From a virus (taxonomy: Duplodnaviria; Caudoviricetes): 64,000 bases of DNA. Numbering within the stretch: the first letter of the stretch is position 1; each line of letters opens with the position of its first letter. The translations under genes and the position numbers were made by a program. The notes below the pieces were generated by a model. It was not told where the DNA came from. It saw only the letters and a program-made list of their open reading frames with translations, and searched no databases. This document shows positions 7,312-17,477 of the stretch, piece by piece. The stretch covers positions 2,358-66,357 of IMG/VR virus record IMGVR_UViG_3300025905_000003; one strand, given 5' to 3'.

Positions 7312-8477
7312 GCTTAGTTAGCTTCTCTCGTGGACTATGGTGGCCCGAACAACAAGGGGTAGCCGGCACGTTTACTAATACTACTTTAAATGCAGCAGGA
7401 CTGCAGAATGCTTTTTACGGTAGATGTTACATACAAGGGCGAGCAGCTAATAAAGTAATATCTGCAGCTGGTGGTGGGCAAGTAGGTATATTAGCGGGGG
7501 CTGTTACGTTCGCTAACGGAGGTACTACTATAGATTTAGGTATTCAGAATATGACTAGTGCCACTGCTCCTACACCATCTGGCGTATTTGATGTTAAACG
7601 TACACTTACCGGGGGTGTGGATACTATAGTAAATGGGTTAAATATGTTTGCCCTTAATACTTCAGGCACTAAAACTATAAGTAATGGTGATGTAATAGCT
7701 ATAGTAACTAGTATGACAGCTAGAGGCGGTGTTGATAGTGTAGCTTTGCAAGGCTATAACAGCACCTCTATGTTTATGCACTATAACACTAACCAAGCTA
7801 TTTTTCCGTCTTCATCTGTTTTTAATGGAGCTACTTGGGGGGGCGGTGGACAAGGAATTATGCCATCCAGTTTCATTATATTTGATGATGGAACATTAGG
7901 ACATATAGAAGGTTCTTATTTCGGAACAAATGTTTTTGATAGTAATTTCTCTAGTGGAACTAATCCTAATGAAAGAGGATTAATATTTCAAATGCCGTTT
8001 GCGTGTAAAGTAGATTCTTTTATGTTTTCGGGTTCATTAGGTAGTGCTGGTTTATCTGATTTTATAATGAGTTTATATTCTACACCGCTTGGTACACCAG
8101 TTGTATTATCTTCTGTTACTTTTATTGGGGGCCAAGGGGGGGCTGTACCATTTGGTACAGGCATGGTGGTATTAAATTTACCTTCTGAGATTACTTTAAC
8201 GGCTAATACAGATTATTGTGTAGCTATTAGAGCTACAGGATCTGGACCTATTTCTTTAGATACAATGGTTTTATTTAATCAATCTCATAGAGCATTATTA
8301 TTACCAGGCGGAACTACAGTTAAAAAAGTTACTCGCAACGGTGGAGCTGGTGCATTTACCGCGGAAAATCCAGCTGTAACTTTATATTCTATGGGTGTTA
8401 GAATATCTGCTGTAGATACTGGCGGTGGAGCTGCTGCAGGCGGTGGAGCTGGCTTAAAAATGGGATTATCAATATGA
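7308..8477 (+). CDS. putative head spike/fibre protein, Gly/Ser/Thr-rich beta protein
   Basis: Directly follows the spike base gene, as rcc01080 does in RcGTA; fibre-like composition. Confidence 0.55.
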   Translation: MSLVSFSRGLWWPEQQGVAGTFTNTTLNAAGLQNAFYGRCYIQGRAANKVISAAGGGQVGILAGAVTFANGGTTIDLGIQNMTSATAPTPSGVFDVKRTLTGGVDTIVNGLNMFALNTSGTKTISNGDVIAIVTSMTARGGVDSVALQGYNSTSMFMHYNTNQAIFPSSSVFNGATWGGGGQGIMPSSFIIFDDGTLGHIEGSYFGTNVFDSNFSSGTNPNERGLIFQMPFACKVDSFMFSGSLGSAGLSDFIMSLYSTPLGTPVVLSSVTFIGGQGGAVPFGTGMVVLNLPSEITLTANTDYCVAIRATGSGPISLDTMVLFNQSHRALLLPGGTTVKKVTRNGGAGAFTAENPAVTLYSMGVRISAVDTGGGAAAGGGAGLKMGLSI

Positions 8478-8665
8478 GTGGTGCACATAAATATCATGAA
8501 AAGACCCCTAAGAGCGTAGAGAAGTCTCCTAAGATCCATAAAGTAATGCATGAATTTAAACATGGGACGTTACATAGTGGCTCCAAGAAAGGCCCTAAAG
8601 TAACTTCTCGTAAACAGGCTATCGCTATAGCTATTAGCGAAGCAAAAACAAGTAAGAAAAAATAA
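8474..8665 (+). CDS. DUF6496-family small basic protein
   Basis: KVMHEFKHGTLHSGS..GPKVTSRKQAIAIA.SEA. Confidence 0.85.
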   Translation: MSGAHKYHEKTPKSVEKSPKIHKVMHEFKHGTLHSGSKKGPKVTSRKQAIAIAISEAKTSKKK

Positions 8666-8731
8666 TAATTTTATTAGCTAGTAACTTTTTAGGTTGTATA
8701 TAGTTTAGTCAAGAACACATAGGAGATTAAA

Positions 8732-9121
8732 ATGGCTAAGCGGGATAGTAAGAAAGATGTGTCTTGGGGTGGCGCTCCTAAGATGAAACACGGCCAACAG
8801 GGTAAAGGTAGCCAGACTAGCGGCGGTGCCCATAGTTACCATAAAGATAATAATTTAGACGTGTCTTGGGGCGGTGCTCCTAAGCCGAGTAGATTTCCTG
8901 GCCAGAAGTGCATGAGTGTTAATCGAATTATGACTAAAAATACTAGTGGGAAGCTGAAGACAACGCATGGCGTTGTGCCTAAGAGCCCTCTCAATAGTAC
9001 TAACCATAATACTATGTCTGGTTCGCATAAGGTTGGCTGTGACGTTAGGAATTTCCACAGCCATCCAGGGCAGTATAGCGGAATTAAAAATGACACAAGA
9101 CACGCGCCAGCCAAAAAATAA
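8732..9121 (+). CDS. basic Lys/His/Gly-rich protein with duplicated DVSWGGAPK
   Basis: AGGAG SD; 27-nt repeat at 8756-8782 and 8858-8884. Confidence 0.7.
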   Translation: MAKRDSKKDVSWGGAPKMKHGQQGKGSQTSGGAHSYHKDNNLDVSWGGAPKPSRFPGQKCMSVNRIMTKNTSGKLKTTHGVVPKSPLNSTNHNTMSGSHKVGCDVRNFHSHPGQYSGIKNDTRHAPAKK

Positions 9122-9572
9122 CTTATCTAGGCGTAGTTTCTTTAGATTAGTAGGTGGCGGGATAGCTACGGCTGTTCTCGCGCCTTATGCATTGGCCAAA
9201 GGCGTAATAGAAGTACCTGTTGAGTTTGGTTGGACGTGGTATATAGATAAAGTTAAATATCCAACCTCGTTGCATGGGCTTATTACTAAGACTTTACAAG
9301 AAAATACTCAAAAAATAGTAGAAAATATAGAAAAAAGTAACACTCTCTTAGCAAAATTACCTGCTGGAGAGAAAATTCTACTAAAATTTGAGCAAATTAC
9401 GCCCGAAGAGCAAAATAAACGTATGATTGAGCGCCTAAACCAGCGCCACAAGGCAAAACAAGCTAAAAGATTACAACATAAACCTTATCTTTTGGGCAGA
9501 ATGTACGAACCTACCCCAGAAGTTAGTTGTTTTTACGAAAGTTACGAGGATTTGGAGAAAAAATATGGGTAA
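9090..9572 (+). CDS. protein with a twin-arginine (Tat) signal peptide
   Basis: MTQDTRQPKNNLSRRSFFRLVGGGIATAVLAPYALA; start refined from ORF 8967..9572. Confidence 0.6.
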   Translation: MTQDTRQPKNNLSRRSFFRLVGGGIATAVLAPYALAKGVIEVPVEFGWTWYIDKVKYPTSLHGLITKTLQENTQKIVENIEKSNTLLAKLPAGEKILLKFEQITPEEQNKRMIERLNQRHKAKQAKRLQHKPYLLGRMYEPTPEVSCFYESYEDLEKKYG

Positions 9573-9915
9573 AGCTGCGATAGGCGTTTCTGTTGCTGGC
9601 GGAACAGATACTAATGCCCCGGATGATATTAAAAATGCCAAAAATTCTAAATATCCTCCGAAAAAAAGCTGTCCAACTGGTATAGATCCAGAGTTCCCAC
9701 AAAAGAACTTTGTTAAGACTAGTTTTGACAATAAAGGCCAAAAAGACGAGTATTATAAGTACATGTACGGCGATTACATGGTAGATAGTCGTATGACAGG
9801 ACGTCAAGCATCAGAAAAGAAGGCCCATAACGTTCATGGGTATAAATCTTCAGAGAAACAGGGCAGACTTAGGCTTAGTGGCTCAGGTAGGGCTCACCAA
9901 ATCGGGAAAAGATAA
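9565..9915 (+). CDS. basic hypothetical protein
   Basis: ORF track; GGAG SD. Confidence 0.7.
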   Translation: MGKAAIGVSVAGGTDTNAPDDIKNAKNSKYPPKKSCPTGIDPEFPQKNFVKTSFDNKGQKDEYYKYMYGDYMVDSRMTGRQASEKKAHNVHGYKSSEKQGRLRLSGSGRAHQIGKR

Positions 9916-10232
9916 TGCCAGCGAAGAAAAAGGTAAAAAAGAAGGCCCGTAGGGCCGTCAAGAGGTATAAAATCATGTATAAATGTGTGTCTAAGAGGCA
10001 AGGAATTAAGAGATATGTAACACAAGAGAAAAACGAACACGGTGCCATGAATGACATATGGCAAGATATGGCTGTTTGGGAGCTTATTTTTAATTATGAA
10101 GCTGTCCCAGAGAACCAATATCAAGTTCCAAATGGCATTTTGCACGTTAATCATGTTATTAGCCTGACAGATACACATTTAGCTGATTGCTATACGGTTG
10201 GTGGTATGTACGATAAGCTGCCGGGCGTTTAG
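9915..10232 (+). CDS. hypothetical protein with a Lys/Arg-rich N-terminus
   Basis: ORF track; coupled to the previous stop. Confidence 0.6.
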   Translation: MPAKKKVKKKARRAVKRYKIMYKCVSKRQGIKRYVTQEKNEHGAMNDIWQDMAVWELIFNYEAVPENQYQVPNGILHVNHVISLTDTHLADCYTVGGMYDKLPGV

Positions 10233-10233
10233 T

Positions 10234-10461
10234 ATGCTAGTATATATTGGTCGCGACAAAAAAGGTATAAGACCACGTACGCGTCAGTTGGATGCTATAA
10301 GAAAAAGAGGAATTATATTAAACTGCGATCATATACCTATTTACACTCATGGATATTTAGATAGAACCGCTACTGTAGTACCAAGAACTTTCGAGGAAAG
10401 TAAGTTATACAGTACAAAACGCGTTAGGCCTGTTAGATATGTCCGGGCTGGCCAGAACTAA
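10234..10461 (+). CDS. basic hypothetical protein
   Basis: ORF track 10198..10461, start refined to ATG 10234. Confidence 0.5.
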   Translation: MLVYIGRDKKGIRPRTRQLDAIRKRGIILNCDHIPIYTHGYLDRTATVVPRTFEESKLYSTKRVRPVRYVRAGQN

Positions 10462-12064
10462 AATAAAATATATAGATGTATGGAAACCTAACGCGGGTCC
10501 GCAAAGCTGGCTAATATCTTGCCCAGTATTTGAAACTTTATTCGGAGGCGCTCGTGGCGGTGGTAAAAGTGATGGGGTACTCGGGGAATGGGCAGACCAT
10601 GCATCTGAGTATAACGAAAATGCTATCGGATTATGCGTCCGTCGTGAGCGTACCCAATTAGTCGAGCTTATCGAACGATCGAAAGTATTGTATCTTCCTC
10701 TTGGCGCTAAGTTTGGCGAACAAGATAAAGTCTGGCGGTTCCCTAACGGCGCTAGGCTCCGATTTGCCTACTTAGAAAGCGATAATGATGCGCAGGCTTA
10801 TCAAGGCCATTCCTATACGCGCGTCTATGTGGAAGAAATGGGGACATTTGCTAATCCAGAACCTATCTTTAAACTTATGGCTACTCTTAGGTCTGGCGCT
10901 GGGGTTCCTTGCAGGTTCATTGCTACAGCTAATCCTGGTGGACCTGGACATTCTTGGATCAAAGCCCGTTATATTGATCCAGCCCCTCTCGGAATGAAGA
11001 TTATAACCGAGACACGCTATGATGACCTTACTAAGCAAAATATTAGCTCACAAAGAATCTTTATACCATCTAAGCTCACTGATAATCCTTATATTAATAA
11101 TGCTGACTATATTGCTCGTCTCTACTTGTCTGGGAATGCGGAGCTGGTAAAAGCATGGCTTAAAGGGGATTGGAACGTATTGCTTGGGGCATTCTTTCCC
11201 GAATTTGATGTGAGGAAACATGTCATCAGGCAATTTAAAATCCCACGGCATTGGACTAGATTTATGTCGATGGATTGGGGCACCGCTACGCCGTTTAGCG
11301 TTGGGTGGTGGACCGTCGTACCCGATGAATTTGATGCCGGGTTGGAAATATACAAAGATCAATGGCAGGCTTACCCTGGTCAAAGCGACCTCACCGGAAT
11401 TACCTATCTCCCTAAGGGATCTATTATTAGGTATAAAGAATGGTACGGCTCAAGAGGAGCCGCCACCAAAACAATCTCCACCACAGAAAACATGAATGTA
11501 GGGCTTAAATTAACTGCTGAAGAAGTGGCTCAAGGCATAAACGAGCGCGAGATTACTGAGCCTAAAGATATAACTACTGGCAGGCCTAAAATAACTTACC
11601 GAGTAGCTGATCCTAAGATGTTTACTTGGGACAGCGGGCCGTCTATATCTGAAAGAATGTCTAATAAACCCTACTATATTAACTTAGTAAAGGCAGATAA
11701 TAAAAGAGTTCCTAGGGCGGGCGCCATGGGTGGATGGGATATGCTGCGCGCTAGGTTAAAGGGCGATGGCGTATCTCCAATGATTTATTTTATGGAGAAC
11801 TGCACAGAAGCTATAAGAACCCTCCCTTTAGTTGAGCATGATCCTTTAAAATTAGAAGATGTAAACACAGATGCAGAAGACCATGCTCCAGATGAAATAA
11901 GATATGCCTGTATGTCTAGGCCTTATTCTATTACTACCCAGAATGATATAATCAGGCGCACGTTACGCATTAAAGATAATACTATAGGCATAACAGACGA
12001 CTTAGATGAGTTAATGAAATTACCAGATGGTGGTAGTAAATATTATAATCCGAGAATACTTTAA
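10439..12064 (+). CDS. terL: terminase large subunit
   Basis: Walker A FGGARGGGKS, Walker B VYVEE, ATANPGGPGH, nuclease MSMDWG and DHAPDEIRY. Confidence 0.95.
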   Translation: MSGLARTKIKYIDVWKPNAGPQSWLISCPVFETLFGGARGGGKSDGVLGEWADHASEYNENAIGLCVRRERTQLVELIERSKVLYLPLGAKFGEQDKVWRFPNGARLRFAYLESDNDAQAYQGHSYTRVYVEEMGTFANPEPIFKLMATLRSGAGVPCRFIATANPGGPGHSWIKARYIDPAPLGMKIITETRYDDLTKQNISSQRIFIPSKLTDNPYINNADYIARLYLSGNAELVKAWLKGDWNVLLGAFFPEFDVRKHVIRQFKIPRHWTRFMSMDWGTATPFSVGWWTVVPDEFDAGLEIYKDQWQAYPGQSDLTGITYLPKGSIIRYKEWYGSRGAATKTISTTENMNVGLKLTAEEVAQGINEREITEPKDITTGRPKITYRVADPKMFTWDSGPSISERMSNKPYYINLVKADNKRVPRAGAMGGWDMLRARLKGDGVSPMIYFMENCTEAIRTLPLVEHDPLKLEDVNTDAEDHAPDEIRYACMSRPYSITTQNDIIRRTLRIKDNTIGITDDLDELMKLPDGGSKYYNPRIL

Positions 12065-12837
12065 TGGACCCTAATGAGTTAGTATTGCAGGCCCTTGAGC
12101 AAGCCAAGGCTATGCACCCTAGCGTGGGAATGCCTGCTCAGCCTCCATCTACTGGCAGTACATTAAAAGATTGGTTGTTACACTCTTTAACATATGGCGG
12201 GCAAGGATTTAAAGCAGGACCTAGTGTTGGAACAGGTATGCCACCCGGTAGAACTATGATGCCGGGGGGAGTTGGAATAACACCTAAGCCTGCTGGTCAA
12301 ATGTTACAGGGTGCTCCTCCTCCAGAGGGTATAACTACACCTATGTCTAATATGAATGCTGCCACGCCTCCTACTATGGGCAGTAATACAGATATGTTTT
12401 CAGCTGCCAGAGCTGCTATGGCTAGGCCTCTTGATCCAGTTGCGCCTAGTCCTGATCAATTAATGGGAATGAAGAATAGTATCCCTCCTAATCCTTTTGA
12501 GAGAGATAATCCAAATCTATTAAGTCGTAGGGGTATGCCTACTATTTCTCCTGTTCAAGATAGCTATTTTGAAGGGGGATTAAGACCGGCAAACGACGCG
12601 GGGCCGCTTAATATACATAATAATCCCGAGGGCATGACACCAGGGAATAAACAAATAAATGACTATATTCTTAAACATTTAGGTAGCGAAGCAGGTGGGC
12701 CGCAGAAATCTGCTTATGATATAGCAGTTGAAAAACAAATAAGGGATCAAGAACTTAGTAAATCAGTATCTAATAAAACTGGTATGACTATGGATGAGCT
12801 TATAAAATTACTTAATCCAGAACCTCCGACACAATAA
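12064..12837 (+). CDS. Pro/Gly/Met-rich disordered protein, probable internal virion protein
   Basis: ORF track; position between terL and portal. Confidence 0.65.
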   Translation: MDPNELVLQALEQAKAMHPSVGMPAQPPSTGSTLKDWLLHSLTYGGQGFKAGPSVGTGMPPGRTMMPGGVGITPKPAGQMLQGAPPPEGITTPMSNMNAATPPTMGSNTDMFSAARAAMARPLDPVAPSPDQLMGMKNSIPPNPFERDNPNLLSRRGMPTISPVQDSYFEGGLRPANDAGPLNIHNNPEGMTPGNKQINDYILKHLGSEAGGPQKSAYDIAVEKQIRDQELSKSVSNKTGMTMDELIKLLNPEPPTQ

Positions 12838-14375
12838 TGGACAAAGAGCTATTACAGTATATTCTGTCCACTTTAGAAGACCCTAATAAGCAGTTAATAA
12901 ACTCTACCCAGGGTTTAGCCAATAAACTTACGTCTCAAAAGAATGTAGTAAATAGTTACGCAGACGCAGGTAAACAAGCTAGTAGATTTGCTAACCCTAG
13001 ATTACCTGATAATGCTCCTCCTCCAATCCCTGACCAAGTTAGGTTCTCTAAGCCTGGAATGCCTCAAGCTGCAGCTAATATGCCTCCGGTTGCCGATAAT
13101 ATACCTACGCCTCTTCCTGAACAAGGTAGGTTTGCTAAGCCAGGATTAGATTTAAGGTCAGCTGGCGTGCCTTCTCCTCCAGAAGGTAAATGGGCTCATA
13201 GTGATTTTTATTCTAGAAGCCATCAACCTAGTGTATTAGAACAAAATAGAGGCTCTTATGGTAGATTAGCTACTGATCCAGCTAGAATGTTAGATGTATT
13301 ACAAACAGCTGGTAAGGTAGCTATGGCTCCAGTTAATGCAGCTGATAGATTAATGCAGCGGGGGCCAACACATCCAGGAGATATAGATAGTGGCTTTGTT
13401 AGAGATGCTTTGACAGCGGGTGGAATTACATTAACTGGAGCGGCTGCAATACCAGAAGGCACAGCTTTAGGCGCAAGCGGTGGAAGAATATTAGCTAGGC
13501 CTAGAGTAGCTGATTATATAAGAAAAGAATTAGATAAAGGTATTCCACCTAAGAGAATAGCTCAAAACTTAAACGAGAGACATGCTGAAGAATTACCTGA
13601 CGGAGATTTTATTAAAGAAGTTCAAATTAAGAAGTTTAGAGACCCAGATTATCAAAGAGTAAGAGATACCGATAAAACTATGTTGGATATTAGCCAACGT
13701 GGGCAATATGGTGGAAGAGGCAGAACTTCAGGATTTAATAATCCAGGTGAAGCTGTTACTAGTTTACAAAAAACTCCTCCACCTCCTGGTATGGGTGGTA
13801 ATTTACCGCCACCTGAAACTCCAACTATGTCTGTCGACTTAGTAAAAAATTGGATGAAAGATGCGGGCATTCCTATAGTAAAAGAGAATAACGTAGGGGG
13901 AACTAATTATCTTAAATATAATGTCCCAGGTAATCCACCTAGAAAAACTCCAGGTACGCCTAAGTATGAGACTACTCCTTATGTAAGAATACCTAGCGAT
14001 ACTCATATAGGCAGGCTGCCCAGGTTTAATGAAATGGGTGGGAATTATTTAGATACGGGTAGTACCATAGGTAATTTCTATAATAGACCTAATATGGATA
14101 AACCTGCTTTTGATGTCGCGACTAAAAACGCGTCTGGTGGGTCTTATTCTGATCCACAAAATTTATTTGATGCCTTAAGGTGGAGAACTTCTAGAGATCC
14201 TAAAGGTCAGTTTTTAATTCCACCAGGACAAGAACCTAGAGGTATAATTAATAAAGTAGAGCCTCCTCAGGCTCCTACTCCACCTGATCCTAATCAATTA
14301 CAATTATTATCTGGCGGATTACCAATTAATCCTGATTGGATACGTCAAATTTTGAGTAATAATAATGGCACGTAA
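12837..14375 (+). CDS. multidomain Pro-rich protein, probable internal/ejected polyvalent-type protein
   Basis: Disordered N-terminus, hydrophobic Gly/Ala segment, HTH-like ADYIRKELDKGIPPKRIAQNL, C-terminal globular part. Confidence 0.6.
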   Translation: MDKELLQYILSTLEDPNKQLINSTQGLANKLTSQKNVVNSYADAGKQASRFANPRLPDNAPPPIPDQVRFSKPGMPQAAANMPPVADNIPTPLPEQGRFAKPGLDLRSAGVPSPPEGKWAHSDFYSRSHQPSVLEQNRGSYGRLATDPARMLDVLQTAGKVAMAPVNAADRLMQRGPTHPGDIDSGFVRDALTAGGITLTGAAAIPEGTALGASGGRILARPRVADYIRKELDKGIPPKRIAQNLNERHAEELPDGDFIKEVQIKKFRDPDYQRVRDTDKTMLDISQRGQYGGRGRTSGFNNPGEAVTSLQKTPPPPGMGGNLPPPETPTMSVDLVKNWMKDAGIPIVKENNVGGTNYLKYNVPGNPPRKTPGTPKYETTPYVRIPSDTHIGRLPRFNEMGGNYLDTGSTIGNFYNRPNMDKPAFDVATKNASGGSYSDPQNLFDALRWRTSRDPKGQFLIPPGQEPRGIINKVEPPQAPTPPDPNQLQLLSGGLPINPDWIRQILSNNNGT

Positions 14376-17082
14376 AAAGAAATCCGTCGAAAAAGAATAT
14401 AATGACCAAGATCATCCTGATGATGGCGGTAAACTTGAGGCTGGCCCAGGTCGTGAGAGCTTTAAATTAGCTCAATACTGGAAATCTCAAGTAAATGCAT
14501 ATGATGAAGCTTCTGCGCGTTGGGTAAAACGTGGGAACACAGTTATTAAGCGTTTTAGAGACGAACGCAGCCGTTTAAGTGAAGAAGGTCAGCGCCGCAT
14601 GAACCTTCTTTGGACTAATTATAAGATTATGAAGCCGGCGGTATTTTCTAAGTGCCCTATTCCCATTATTGATAGAAAATTCTTAGACCGAGATGTAACA
14701 GGTAGGCTATCTTCTCAGATATTAGAGCGATCTGTAAAGAACCAATTAGATACTAATGGTTTCTTTGATGCGGTCAATATGGCCGTTGGTGATAAACTAT
14801 TGCCTGGTAGAGGCGTAGTTTGGATTAGATATGTCCCAGAAATAGGTGAAGGTGTTAGTATATCAGCGCCCACCAAAGATGGCGCAGCAGATCCTCTTTA
14901 CAAGATAGAAGAAGAATTTGGCGATGATGAAGATACCGACGAAGAAGAAAAACTTGAAGAAACAGGGGAAGAAGTCTTATCGGAAAACACAGAAATCGAC
15001 TATGTTGATTGGCGGGATTTTTATGTCTTCCCAGTTAAGGCTAGGAATTGGAAAGAAGTACAAGCCATCGGCAAAAAGACTTACATTACTAAGAAGGAAG
15101 CCAAAAGAAGGTTTGGAGAAAAGATAGGCGAGGCTCTTAAACCTGATACAGAGCCCCAAATATTAGGTAATGCTGAGCGTCAAACTTATTCTGAAACTGC
15201 TATTTTCCAAGATGCTAACGAGCGTAACATAGTTGTATATGAAATCTGGAATATCTCAGATAAGAAAGTATATTGGCATTCTTCAGGTTATGATTATTTA
15301 TGCGACATAAAGGAAGACCCGTTAAAGTTAACTGGGTTCTTCCCAGTACCTAAGCCTTTATTCTCGACTATGACTAATGATACTTTATTCCCTGTTCCTG
15401 ATTATATGGAATGGCAAGACCAAGCTATTCAAATTGATGAATTAACGCAACGTATAGCTATGCTTACTAAGTCTTGTAAGGTAGCTGGTACATACAACGC
15501 AGCCGTGCCTGCTATTAATCGTATATTCAACGAAAGTATAGAGAACGAATTAATTCCTGTAGATCAGTGGGCTATGTTCGCCGAAGGCGGTGGCCTAAAA
15601 GGCGCAATAGATTTTATTCCTATTGATCAAGTACAAAAGTGCATAGAGACATTACAAAAAGTTCGCCAGCAAGCAATGATAGATTTAGACCAAGTAACTG
15701 GTTTAAGTGATGTTCTAAGAGGCACAACTGATAGCAGAGAAACACTCGGCGGTTTAAAATTAAAGAATAACAATGCTGGTACAAGATTATCTGAAGACCA
15801 AGAAGAAATATCTAGGTTTTGTAGAGATGTTATAGTCTTAGTTTCAGAAATTATATGTAAGCATTTCTCAGATGAGACTATTATACAGAGCTCGGGTATC
15901 TTGTTTGAGGACGCACTGCAGCCAGATACAATAATGCGGGAATGGTTAGAAGTTAATGCTCCCGAGCAAGCCCCATCGCAAGGCCAAGGACAGCCACCAC
16001 AGGGGCAACAACCACAACCGGGGGGAGGACAGCCACAGGCGCCAAAACCCATGATAGCGCCAATGCCGAAGCCTGGAATGCCTCCGCAGCCAGGTTCGCC
16101 ATTAGCACCAATGTTAGCGCAGCTCCAGGCGTCTAATGTTATTCCGTTTAATCCTTCTGCTCCTCTACAGCCGCAACCAACTATGTTGCCGCCGCAGCCA
16201 CCTGACCCTGAAGTTTTAATAATGCAGAAGGTGGATAAGGCTATTAAATTACTAAGGGACGACGTACCGCGAGGCTACCGCATAGATATAGAGACAGACA
16301 GCACTATTTTTGGAGATAAATATCAAGAACGCCAAGACGCGACAGAGTTTATTGCTGCTTTAGGTGGTTTCTTTAAACAGTTTGAGACGATTGCTCAGAG
16401 TGCGCCACAGGCTCTCCCATTATTAGCTAAAACTCTCCAGTGGGGAGTTAGAAAGTACCGCACTGGGCGTGATTTAGAGAGCGAAGTTGATAACTTTGTC
16501 GCCAAAATGACTAAAATGGCTAAACAGATGGAGGATAATCCACCTCCGTCGCCAGAAATGGCTAAAGCTCAGTCTTCTATAGAAATAGAGAAAACAAAGG
16601 CTGGAATACAAGCTCAAAACGATCAGCGCGACCAAGAACGTATGGAAAGGGACGATCAGCGCCAATTCCAGATGGATCAGGCTAAAGATCAGCGTGAAAA
16701 AGAAAAAATGCAGATGGAAATGCAAATAGAGCGCGAGAAACATCAGCTTGAACGCGAAAAAATGCAAATGGATATGCAATTAGCTCGCGAAAAACATCGT
16801 ATGGAGCTTGAAAAGTTACACGCTGGTATTCAAGCAGATCAGCAAGAGCACGCATTAGATGCACAAGCTCAAATTACTGAGCATCAATTAAGCGCACAAA
16901 GCCAACACGAAGAGATAGCTGCAGAACGCGAAAAATCTCATATGCAAATGCAGAATGAGAGATATAAAGCAGACGTACAAAAACAAACATTAGATCAAAA
17001 ACAAGAAGCTAATGAAGCAGCGCATAAATTAAAGATGAAGCAACAGGCTCAGAAACCTAAACCGAAGAAAAAGGCTTCCTAA
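14365..17082 (+). CDS. portal protein (905 aa) with long C-terminal coiled-coil barrel
   Basis: W.KRG..V.KRFRDE, NLLW.N...MKPAV, D.LLPGRGV.W, DYV.W.DF, PL.L.GFFP.P.P, IETDSTI patterns of Bcep22/P22-like portals. Confidence 0.9.
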   Translation: MARKKKSVEKEYNDQDHPDDGGKLEAGPGRESFKLAQYWKSQVNAYDEASARWVKRGNTVIKRFRDERSRLSEEGQRRMNLLWTNYKIMKPAVFSKCPIPIIDRKFLDRDVTGRLSSQILERSVKNQLDTNGFFDAVNMAVGDKLLPGRGVVWIRYVPEIGEGVSISAPTKDGAADPLYKIEEEFGDDEDTDEEEKLEETGEEVLSENTEIDYVDWRDFYVFPVKARNWKEVQAIGKKTYITKKEAKRRFGEKIGEALKPDTEPQILGNAERQTYSETAIFQDANERNIVVYEIWNISDKKVYWHSSGYDYLCDIKEDPLKLTGFFPVPKPLFSTMTNDTLFPVPDYMEWQDQAIQIDELTQRIAMLTKSCKVAGTYNAAVPAINRIFNESIENELIPVDQWAMFAEGGGLKGAIDFIPIDQVQKCIETLQKVRQQAMIDLDQVTGLSDVLRGTTDSRETLGGLKLKNNNAGTRLSEDQEEISRFCRDVIVLVSEIICKHFSDETIIQSSGILFEDALQPDTIMREWLEVNAPEQAPSQGQGQPPQGQQPQPGGGQPQAPKPMIAPMPKPGMPPQPGSPLAPMLAQLQASNVIPFNPSAPLQPQPTMLPPQPPDPEVLIMQKVDKAIKLLRDDVPRGYRIDIETDSTIFGDKYQERQDATEFIAALGGFFKQFETIAQSAPQALPLLAKTLQWGVRKYRTGRDLESEVDNFVAKMTKMAKQMEDNPPPSPEMAKAQSSIEIEKTKAGIQAQNDQRDQERMERDDQRQFQMDQAKDQREKEKMQMEMQIEREKHQLEREKMQMDMQLAREKHRMELEKLHAGIQADQQEHALDAQAQITEHQLSAQSQHEEIAAEREKSHMQMQNERYKADVQKQTLDQKQEANEAAHKLKMKQQAQKPKPKKKAS

Positions 17083-17477
17083 TGGTTAGCTTTGTATATA
17101 AACCCGAATGTCCACATGCCAATTCTAATGGTTTTGTAGACAAGGGAACCTATTACCAATGGTTATATCATAAAACTCCTGATAATCGCATGACTATTGG
17201 TAATAGAGTAGTAGAATTTAGATTTATTGCTGATGAAATGGCTCCCACTAGGCATATGTGCAATGGGCAATATTACACATCTAAGAAAAAATTCCGAAAC
17301 GAAACTAAAGCCCGTGGCTGTGTTGAGATTGGTAATGATACTGCTCCCTTACTTAAGCGCCGTGATCCTCAAAAATTGGATAAACGACAACGCCGTGAAG
17401 ATATTAAAAAATCTATTTACGAACTTAAGAATGGCAGGGACATTAAAACAGAAATGAAGCAATTGAAGTACGATTGA
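17082..17477 (+). CDS. conserved head-module protein
   Basis: TSKKKFRNETKARGCVEIGND pattern, as found between portal and scaffold in such phages. Confidence 0.7.
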   Translation: MVSFVYKPECPHANSNGFVDKGTYYQWLYHKTPDNRMTIGNRVVEFRFIADEMAPTRHMCNGQYYTSKKKFRNETKARGCVEIGNDTAPLLKRRDPQKLDKRQRREDIKKSIYELKNGRDIKTEMKQLKYD

